Assembly: GCA_964645535.1 (NCBI GenBank)
Contig: CAZYCQ010000068.1
Location: 1 to 15,214 of the forward strand
Reading direction: 5' to 3'
DNA: 15,214 nt
Origin: an uncultured archaeon
Lineage (GTDB): Archaea; Asgardarchaeota; Heimdallarchaeia; Heimdallarchaeales; Kariarchaeaceae
The translations under genes were made by a program, and so were the position numbers. Of this stretch, positions 7,307 to 14,340 are shown one piece after another (position 1 is the stretch's first letter; every line of letters starts with the position of its first letter). The notes under the pieces are model-generated. The model searched no databases. It was not told the origin of the DNA and saw only the letters and a program-made list of their open reading frames with translations.

Positions 7307-9280
7307 ATGTACATTGTGAGAATTGTAGGTCTTCCTAAGTTTTTCGCAGAACGCCTTGTGATGAAAATTATCTTGATGGTTTTCATTGGAGTAATTGTCA
7401 TCGGAGGGGTCTTGGGTTTCCGTAATATGCAAGTTCAACAGATATCTGATCAGGAAGAGATTCTTATAGATGCTAAATTCGACTTTTCTCAAATCGTTGT
7501 GCTAACAAAGAATTTTGTTGCAAATAACACAGAGCTTCATGATCTCATAACTGAGACCTACGACGACATCATTGGTGAGTTGCACCAACTTGGTTCTCAA
7601 ATCGCTCCCGAATTTCGAGAAGAATTGGAACAGATAGAAGGAATTGTTTCCAATTCATTCGATATATCGTTCAACTCCAGCAAGGACAAAAACCTCAAGA
7701 CAGAAGTGGATAAACAATTCAACTCACTTGGAGAATTCAATTCCGCAGTGGATTCAATTTTCCGAATCCTTTCCCAATGGAAAACCCCTTGGCTCAATGG
7801 TTCTGGAGGAACGACCTTCCATTTGAAATTCTATAAGGTGCATGAAGTTGTTGCATCTGTCGTTGGCATTCAGGAAGATTATTCGATAGCCGCAGGCGAG
7901 AAATTCTCCTTCAATGACCGAGCCAAAATTGCCTTTGATGGAATGGTGAATTTGACGGTTTCATATCTTTTGGATTATCTGACCGCACTCAATGGAACAA
8001 CAGATCCTGAAATCCAATCCATTCTAAATGATTTTGCAAGTCTCAAGGCGTATTTGGAGGATCTTTCCGGCGATTTTTCACCTCTCTCGAATGATGTTGC
8101 TTCGTGGTTGGGTGTTGATCCTACAACTGACGTCGAAGGATTGAATGCCATTCCCATCCTCAATCAAATCATCTCAAAAATTGATGAAGATTTCTCGATT
8201 CTGGTCTCAAAAAATGCTTCGATCTACGAACCGGCTTTAATCCTTGATTCCAACACCAACCCCATTTCTGCATCCTTGCTGCTCTTACTCTACCAACAGC
8301 TTATCAATGTACATGGAGCAACGATGATTGACGCCATTGCCTTCATCTATCCCGTCCTTGTAAATCTGGATATCAGCTTTTCTAGATTTACCACCAGAGT
8401 TGATCAGTTGATCAATGCACTGAATTCAGAACTGATTTCAGTAACCTTTCCAATTATTGTGTTGATCGTACTGACCCTTCTGGTCATTGTATTTGTATTT
8501 ATTCTCAACCGTGACCTGATTGGACCTATACGAACCTTGGAGACGGATGCCAATGAAATCAACAATGGGAATCTAGCCATTGAATTGAAACAGTGGCCAC
8601 AGGTTGACGAGATCGGACAGCTAGGGCGTGCATTCAACGAAATGGTGAAAAGCCTTAGGCAATTGACGTCTCGTTTACAAATGTCAGCTTCTTCTGTTCA
8701 AGAAACCAGCCAAATGCTGAACATTGTGACAAAAGAAACATCAGACAACACAACCCAGATCACCAACACCATGCAGCAAATAACTCATGGTGCTTCAGAG
8801 CAAGTCCAGATGGTCAACCGTGTAATGGATCGTGTACTGCAATTTGAACAGGTAACCTCCCAGATTTTGGCAGATGTCTCAAAAACATTGGAGACGATTG
8901 TGAAGATTTCTCTTCAGACTAATGTTTTAGCCTTGAATGCCGGTGTGGAAGCATCACGGGCCGGAGAAAGCGGACGAGGTTTCGCTGTTGTGGCCGCCAA
9001 TATGCGGACTCTTTCGGATAGGGTTAAGGAGACTACAAAAGAAGTGCGGAAACTCTCGGAATCTATCCGAGATCAATTGAACGATTTGGTACAGTCCTTA
9101 GAAAATGAACTTAACAATGTCCTTTCCGTTTCAGAAGAGCAGGCAAGTGCAACCGAGGAAGTTACAGCCTCTGTTGAGGAAATCAGCTCCCAAGTTCAAA
9201 CCATCAGTCAGACCATGACTGACCTCAACGATCTCATATCGAAATCATTCGAAGAAGTTAGTTCACTTAAGACAGAATAA
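7307..9280 (+). CDS. Methyl-accepting chemotaxis protein (TM - large sensor domain - TM - HAMP - MCP signal domain)
   Basis: TM1 KIILMVFIGVIVIGGVLGF and TM2 FPIIVLIVLTLLVIVFVFIL. HAMP PIRTL...DEIGQLGRAFNEM. Hairpin tip QTNVLALNAGVEASRAGESGRGFAVVA. Methylation-like SEEQASATEEVTASVEE. The start could be ATG 7361. Confidence 0.95.
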   Translation: MYIVRIVGLPKFFAERLVMKIILMVFIGVIVIGGVLGFRNMQVQQISDQEEILIDAKFDFSQIVVLTKNFVANNTELHDLITETYDDIIGELHQLGSQIAPEFREELEQIEGIVSNSFDISFNSSKDKNLKTEVDKQFNSLGEFNSAVDSIFRILSQWKTPWLNGSGGTTFHLKFYKVHEVVASVVGIQEDYSIAAGEKFSFNDRAKIAFDGMVNLTVSYLLDYLTALNGTTDPEIQSILNDFASLKAYLEDLSGDFSPLSNDVASWLGVDPTTDVEGLNAIPILNQIISKIDEDFSILVSKNASIYEPALILDSNTNPISASLLLLLYQQLINVHGATMIDAIAFIYPVLVNLDISFSRFTTRVDQLINALNSELISVTFPIIVLIVLTLLVIVFVFILNRDLIGPIRTLETDANEINNGNLAIELKQWPQVDEIGQLGRAFNEMVKSLRQLTSRLQMSASSVQETSQMLNIVTKETSDNTTQITNTMQQITHGASEQVQMVNRVMDRVLQFEQVTSQILADVSKTLETIVKISLQTNVLALNAGVEASRAGESGRGFAVVAANMRTLSDRVKETTKEVRKLSESIRDQLNDLVQSLENELNNVLSVSEEQASATEEVTASVEEISSQVQTISQTMTDLNDLISKSFEEVSSLKTE

Positions 9281-9328
9281 TTCCTCAAAGATTAATCTTA
9301 TATTTCCCATAGACATTGGGCATTTAAC

Positions 9329-9333
9329 GGAGG
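9329..9333 (+). promoter_or_regulatory. Shine-Dalgarno GGAGG for aspartate kinase (TATA-like CTTATAT upstream at 9297-9303)
   Basis: GGAGG lies 5 nt before the in-frame ATA at 9339. Confidence 0.6.
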
Positions 9334-9338
9334 AATTC

Positions 9339-10697
9339 ATATTTATCTCGGAAACCTTTGAGATTCATAAATTTGGAGGTACAATAACAGGAACAACAAG
9401 AGGTTTGTCAAGAATTAAAGAGATTGTCTGTGAGGCGGAGCATATTCCGGTTCTTATAGTCTCTGCCGCGACCGGAATCACAGATCTCTTGATTTCAATA
9501 CTTGAAAACCTCAGAGAGGAGAAAATTCCAGAATACATGGATGTCTTGATCAACAGGCATGACAACTTGAGTCCTTTCGACCTTCGGAAAAATTCTGATT
9601 TTCTTTATGAAATCCGACGTTTGCAAAGGATATTGTTTGGTATTTCATACACTGGTGAGCTGTCCGATACCCTTCATGATCTAGTCCTTAGTTTTGGAGA
9701 AAGACTGGTCACCTATGTCATCAATGATGTCCTTGCAGACACAGGAAAGAAAGTGACCACAATCTATCCCGAAACATGCTTGATCACCAATGGCAAGGCA
9801 AAGCATGCAAGTATTGATCTATTGACATCCGCGCCTCTTCTCAAAAAGCAGATCGAACAGGCCATCAGCGATCGAAAGAATGATGTGATTATCATTCCCG
9901 GATTTTACGGAGTTTCTCCGTCCGGCAAGATAAACCTTTTCGGTAGATCTGGAACCGATTATTCTGCCTCAGCGGTGGCATATCTACTTAACTCCTGTCA
10001 TTTGACCATATGGAAGGATGTATCTGGTTTTCTCAGTGCAGATCCTGCAATTGTTAATGATGCCAAAAGGATAAATTCCCTGAACTATGGGGAAGCATCA
10101 GAACTATCTCATTTCGGCGCAAAAATCCTTCATCATCGTGCCGTTATTCCTGCCAAACTCGGAAAAATCCCTATTCGGTTGCGTAACATTTACCATCCTG
10201 AAGATGTGACGATAATATCCAGTGATACCCACATTGATCGGGAAAAGATCATCAAAAGCATATCCTTCATGAAAGGACTTGCTATCCTGAAATTTTACAA
10301 TACTTACGGGGCAACCGAAGGTGGACTTATGAACAAAATCACTACAGTTCTTGCCAATATGGGGATTGATGTCATCTCTGTAGCCACTTCCCAAACCTGC
10401 ATTTCTTTTCTGGTAAAATCAGACGAGCTTGAAGGCAAGGTTGCTTCACTTGAACTGTCCTGCGAAGATTATGTGGATTCAATATCTGTGGTCGAAAATG
10501 TCTCATTGATCGCATGTGTAGGTGAAGAGCTTGCTCAAACCCCTGGTGTTGCTTTCCGAGTTTTTGGGGCAATGGCAAAAAGTGGTGTGAATGTGGACAT
10601 GATTTCTGCTGGAGCTTCATCATCTGCAATACATTTCACAGTGCATCAAAAAGATCTTAAGACTGCTATTTTGTCGCTTCACTCCGCACTTGCCTGA
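9339..10697 (+). CDS. lysC: Aspartate kinase with two C-terminal ACT domains; probable non-canonical start upstream of the annotated TTG 9405
   Basis: In-frame upstream extension encodes FEIHKFGGT (the family's N-terminal KFGG motif). Then VSA, SFGERL, PGFYG, GRSGTDYSA, WKDVSGFLSADP, EASELSHFGAKILH and two ACT repeats. The exact start is inferred. Confidence 0.9.
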   Translation: MFISETFEIHKFGGTITGTTRGLSRIKEIVCEAEHIPVLIVSAATGITDLLISILENLREEKIPEYMDVLINRHDNLSPFDLRKNSDFLYEIRRLQRILFGISYTGELSDTLHDLVLSFGERLVTYVINDVLADTGKKVTTIYPETCLITNGKAKHASIDLLTSAPLLKKQIEQAISDRKNDVIIIPGFYGVSPSGKINLFGRSGTDYSASAVAYLLNSCHLTIWKDVSGFLSADPAIVNDAKRINSLNYGEASELSHFGAKILHHRAVIPAKLGKIPIRLRNIYHPEDVTIISSDTHIDREKIIKSISFMKGLAILKFYNTYGATEGGLMNKITTVLANMGIDVISVATSQTCISFLVKSDELEGKVASLELSCEDYVDSISVVENVSLIACVGEELAQTPGVAFRVFGAMAKSGVNVDMISAGASSSAIHFTVHQKDLKTAILSLHSALA

Positions 10698-11977
10698 TCG
10701 CTTCTTACATGATAGAACCTATGGATGACGAATATTGAAACAGCCAAAAGCAATATTGGTAGCAGGAGCATTTGGATCTTGATCCCGATCTTTCCAAGTT
10801 CATCCTGCTCAGAAAGGTTCTGATCAAATCCCGACCAATCAGACACTGTCGCAAATGTTACTGCTTGCATAAGAATGGCAAGCCTGATGAAGAAACCATT
10901 GAAGCCAAAAAAGATACCCTCTCTCCTTACTCCTGATTTCAAATAATCATCGTCAATGACTTCCGATATGAGCAAATCCACCACCATCAGCAACCCAGCC
11001 AATCCCAATCCCACAAGACCCATGATCGTGATGACAATGACATCCGGGAAGGTAAACCAGAGGGGAATCAAAGTCAACGAAAAAGCAATTGATGATGCAA
11101 CAAACGTTCTTTTTGGTGATCCTTTGTTGGTGATCCAAACCCAAAATGGCAAAGTCAGAACCGTAATACCAAGAGCAGCTCCATACGTTGCAATCTCAAA
11201 ATCTTCCGCTTTGTCAAGGATGAATTTCCGATAAAAAGGAAACATGGACAGCAGTTGGCCATAGGCATAATAAGTAATTGTATTGACGAAAAGGAATGCC
11301 TGAAAATTCCTATTGGTCAAGAGGATTTGAATCCCTTCCTTCAATGAATACGTTTCCAAATCCTCATTTTTTGCATGGGGTTCATGGCATCCAAACAATG
11401 CCAATGTGATATTCAGAAAAGAAATACCTGCAAGTATCCATCCAAACCTGCCGTATGATGCAATATCCCCATCCTTCACGAAAAATGGAGGAAGAACAAG
11501 AGCAACCACAAGGGCCACAATTGAAAAAACCTGTCGTGAGGCAGATACAAAGCTTCTGTCATCTAAATTTTTGAACATCTCCGGAAATAAAGCTGCCCAA
11601 GCAAGAACCACGATGGTGTATCCTGTGTCAAAAATCAAAAGCATGGCTACCAACCAGAGGAAGGTATATGTCATGCTTCCAAAATTTGGTGGTGTCCAGA
11701 TCAAGGCAAAACTGATACAGAGTGGGATCATGAAAAGAACCATCCATGGTATTCTTCTTCCCCACCTCGTCGGAAATCGATCCATCATCCATCCGAATAA
11801 GGGATCATTGATGCTGTTGTAGATTGCCCATATCCCGATAGCCAATCCATATAGTGTCGGTTCCATTTTCAATTCGACAACGTAGAAGAATTGAGCCTTG
11901 CTTTGATAGAATTGAAGAAGAAGAGCCGCCGAAAAGCTCATGGATGAATAAAGGAGAAATTTCTCCTGGATCGCCAC
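10679..11977 (-). CDS. Glycoside-pentoside-hexuronide (GPH/MelB-like) cation symporter, MFS_2 family
   Basis: NSINDPLFGWMMDRFPTRWGRRIPW, ALFPEM...DR...SR and EVIDDD...GVRREGIFFG family motifs; about 11-12 TM; GTG start. Confidence 0.92.
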   Translation of the reverse strand: MAIQEKFLLYSSMSFSAALLLQFYQSKAQFFYVVELKMEPTLYGLAIGIWAIYNSINDPLFGWMMDRFPTRWGRRIPWMVLFMIPLCISFALIWTPPNFGSMTYTFLWLVAMLLIFDTGYTIVVLAWAALFPEMFKNLDDRSFVSASRQVFSIVALVVALVLPPFFVKDGDIASYGRFGWILAGISFLNITLALFGCHEPHAKNEDLETYSLKEGIQILLTNRNFQAFLFVNTITYYAYGQLLSMFPFYRKFILDKAEDFEIATYGAALGITVLTLPFWVWITNKGSPKRTFVASSIAFSLTLIPLWFTFPDVIVITIMGLVGLGLAGLLMVVDLLISEVIDDDYLKSGVRREGIFFGFNGFFIRLAILMQAVTFATVSDWSGFDQNLSEQDELGKIGIKIQMLLLPILLLAVSIFVIHRFYHVRSDQASAE

Positions 11978-11997
11978 AACCTATCGTCTTGTTTAGC

Positions 11998-12005
11998 GAT
12001 AAAAG
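11998..12005 (-). promoter_or_regulatory. Putative TATA box (CTTTTATC) for the GPH transporter
   Basis: Lies 21-28 nt upstream of GTG 11977; a second TTTTTATC lies 15 nt further upstream. Confidence 0.4.
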
Positions 12006-12032
12006 GGTGTTGGATAAAAATGGCACGATCTT

Positions 12033-12290
12033 TCAATCTTTAACCGCAAATCTTCGAAGGCCATCGTAGAACGAACCCGCAAAGAGATCAAACAGTTTCT
12101 TTGTCCCCTCGTAATAGGTTTTCTCTCCCTCCTTCTTGATCACCAAACCATCCCTTTCCAATTCATCAAGCAACTTCCGAAGGGGATTGTATCCTACCCC
12201 TATTTGAGTACGAAGGGAATAGAATGTCTGCGGCTCCCTCAGTAATAATTCATACAATTGGAGCAACAGAATCAGGGAGTTACGACGCAT
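12033..12290 (-). CDS. Small winged helix-turn-helix DNA-binding protein
   Basis: 85 aa. The pattern ELLLREPQTFYSLRTQIGVGYNPLRKLLDELERDGLVIKKEGEKTYYEGTKK fits an archaeal wHTH (helix-helix-recognition helix-wing). Purine-rich SD; starts 3 nt after the upstream stop. Confidence 0.8.
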   Translation of the reverse strand: MRRNSLILLLQLYELLLREPQTFYSLRTQIGVGYNPLRKLLDELERDGLVIKKEGEKTYYEGTKKLFDLFAGSFYDGLRRFAVKD

Positions 12291-12293
12291 GTA

Positions 12294-13388
12294 TCATTCC
12301 CCTTCAAGAATGGAAAGATATTTCTCGTTTGTTTTCTCAAAGCTCTCAAGTGCTTTTTCCAGATGGGAAAAAAGCAGGTTTGTCCTAAAGCTGGCTTCCT
12401 CAGTTCGACTAATGATGAAAAGAACGGCCAAGGCACTGATCACTAACGGCAGAGACCAAAACAAAAATTGAATAGGGTCTGCAAAAGGGTCAATACCAAG
12501 GTTAAGGAAAATTAAGATCAGGACATAGATGATCACGGCCAAAAGAATTGCAGAAAACAGTATGGATTTCTGCAACACTGAAATCCTGAACAATGTGCTT
12601 GGCAATTCCGCAACTACGTTGCCAAAGGTCGGATCCTTCGTAGTCAAGGTATCTCTCAGGTTATTTTCCATGGCTCGGTACCTTGCCTGTGCTATCTTAT
12701 TCTTTTCCGTCCACCTTATGACCATCTGAATTCCCAAAAGGGAAACTGAACCCAGCACATAGTAAAGAAATATGAGATAATTGCCCTGGATAGACAAAAC
12801 TTCTTCGTAAACAATGAGTACAACCCCGAATGTCGATTCAATTATCGAACTCAGCATGAAAAGCATGAATGTGTATGTCTTTGGCAACTCGTTTTTAACC
12901 CTGTTCTGTGCCGCCAAATAAAGTATTGTCCTTAACATGCCTGCAAGCACCAATAACGCTCCTGAAATCAAATAGCTCCCTAAAACAAACGCAATCAACG
13001 CCAACAACTTCGATAAGCCATTGGAGACAAACAATAATGTTTCAAGCGACGGCTTGTCCAAGCCATTCCACATTCGTAAATTCCAAAACAATTTCAGAGT
13101 GTTCAATGGCACTTCTTTTTCCCTTATTCTTATCTTATAATCTCCAAATATTACATCCGAAATGAAATTGGACATCAGGAACCCCAATATCATAACAGTC
13201 TGATCATCGGAACTCTTTCCTGCAACAAACGGCAACCCTATTTCATTGACAAGAAGGATGAAATTGACAAGAAGTGCCAAAAAGGCAAAAACGCTGTAAT
13301 ATGCCGAGGCGGTTATAAAAGGTCTGTTCAACACAACCTGATCTGTGTTTGCAATCGCTTCTCCGTTGGCTGGTATTATCTGTTCCAT
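12294..13388 (-). CDS. Uncharacterised polytopic membrane protein (about 8 TM)
   Basis: 364-aa ORF with about 8 hydrophobic segments, a ~50-aa soluble loop and a charged helical C-tail. TATTTAAA TATA box 20-27 nt upstream. Confidence 0.8.
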   Translation of the reverse strand: MEQIIPANGEAIANTDQVVLNRPFITASAYYSVFAFLALLVNFILLVNEIGLPFVAGKSSDDQTVMILGFLMSNFISDVIFGDYKIRIREKEVPLNTLKLFWNLRMWNGLDKPSLETLLFVSNGLSKLLALIAFVLGSYLISGALLVLAGMLRTILYLAAQNRVKNELPKTYTFMLFMLSSIIESTFGVVLIVYEEVLSIQGNYLIFLYYVLGSVSLLGIQMVIRWTEKNKIAQARYRAMENNLRDTLTTKDPTFGNVVAELPSTLFRISVLQKSILFSAILLAVIIYVLILIFLNLGIDPFADPIQFLFWSLPLVISALAVLFIISRTEEASFRTNLLFSHLEKALESFEKTNEKYLSILEGE

Positions 13389-13407
13389 GATTAAACTTTC
13401 TTTCCAA

Positions 13408-13415
13408 TTTAAATA
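13408..13415 (-). promoter_or_regulatory. Putative TATA box (TATTTAAA) for the membrane protein-wHTH operon
   Basis: Canonical archaeal TATA sequence 20-27 nt upstream of ATG 13388. Confidence 0.55.
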
Positions 13416-13436
13416 AGGATTGAAGTAACTTTGTTA

Positions 13437-14243
13437 CTATTCTGCCAGAAGCTTCAGGTCAACAATTTCTGCGGTTTCCCATAGGGTTTCAAATCTTGCT
13501 GAAAGACTGTTCGCAAGTTTCCTGTCCCTTAAATAGATGGCCGCCAAGAATTCTGAAGGGTTAATGGGATTCAGCACCTTCAAAACCACCTTCTCTCCAT
13601 CAATGATACTGAATGGGTATGGAAGCAAAGAAACCAATCTGACTTCGGTCTGAACAAGAAAGGAAAGAGTATGGGAAAAATCGTCCAACGTCTTATAGAA
13701 AATGCTTTTTGTTTGAATTCCGATCAGAAGCCTCAATTTCACCCCTTTTGACGACAAGTTCGACATGATCTTTCCATATTTCTCCAAAAGCGATCCAAAC
13801 TGCTCCTTGGTCATTCCTTCATAAATATCCATGTAACCAAGAAATTCGAACTTAGTTTCTTTCAAAAACGAAAAGTAAGACTCATAGAGTGTTTTACCCA
13901 CAGCAACTTTCCACATGGGCTCATTATCGGAAATCTGTTGGTGAATACGTGTCAGATCCTCAATGATAATGTCTGCATTCCTCTTTAGTTTCTCAGTTTC
14001 TTGAACTCTGCTTTCCACAAGCTTGCTAACTGCCACATCTGGCGGAATGGCAAAAAAATGTTGGGGTCTGCCTCCAGTAGATCCGGCAATCCCCTTGGAT
14101 TCAAGAGAATGGAGAACTTCGTAAATCCGACCATAGGGTACTCCCGATAATCTAGATAAATCTCTTGCAACAAGGGTACCCTTCCTGAGCAATGTCAGAT
14201 AGCATTTTTCCTCGTAAGTTGTCAATCCCAGATCTGTTAACAT
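13437..14243 (-). CDS. TrmB-family transcriptional regulator
   Basis: N-terminal LGLTTYEEKCYLTLL...SGVPYGRIYEVLHSLESKG...GRPQHFFAIPP TrmB wHTH, a coiled-coil linker, and a C-terminal effector domain (KGVKLRLL...FSIIDGEKV...FETLW). Confidence 0.93.
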   Translation of the reverse strand: MLTDLGLTTYEEKCYLTLLRKGTLVARDLSRLSGVPYGRIYEVLHSLESKGIAGSTGGRPQHFFAIPPDVAVSKLVESRVQETEKLKRNADIIIEDLTRIHQQISDNEPMWKVAVGKTLYESYFSFLKETKFEFLGYMDIYEGMTKEQFGSLLEKYGKIMSNLSSKGVKLRLLIGIQTKSIFYKTLDDFSHTLSFLVQTEVRLVSLLPYPFSIIDGEKVVLKVLNPINPSEFLAAIYLRDRKLANSLSARFETLWETAEIVDLKLLAE

Positions 14244-14311
14244 AGATTTGCTTCAATTCCAAGATACAAAAACATTTACAACTCTAAGTTGTTGCAATCT
14301 GTCGATTCTCC

Positions 14312-14319
14312 TTTTTAAG
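14312..14319 (+). promoter_or_regulatory. Putative TATA box (TTTTTAAG) for the SDR gene
   Basis: Lies 22-29 nt upstream of ATG 14341, supporting that ATG over TTG 14248. Confidence 0.55.
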
Positions 14320-14340
14320 CATATACCTTCCTTCTTCATA

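Noticed and set aside
9405-9407. TTG start for aspartate kinase given by the ORF track
   Set aside because: It would delete the essential KFGGT motif encoded upstream in the same frame.
7259-9565. Minus-strand ORFs antisense to the MCP and the aspartate kinase
   Set aside because: Shadow ORFs with no independent expression signals or protein features.
10104-14173. ORFs such as 11406-11822 (138 aa), 10956-11234 and 12908-13165 inside or opposite the AK, GPH, membrane protein and TrmB genes
   Set aside because: Antisense or alternate frames of real genes with no domain signal.
14248-14340. 31-aa N-terminal extension of the SDR from TTG 14248
   Set aside because: It would occupy the whole divergent promoter region; the SDR fold begins right after ATG 14341, which has a correctly spaced TATA box.
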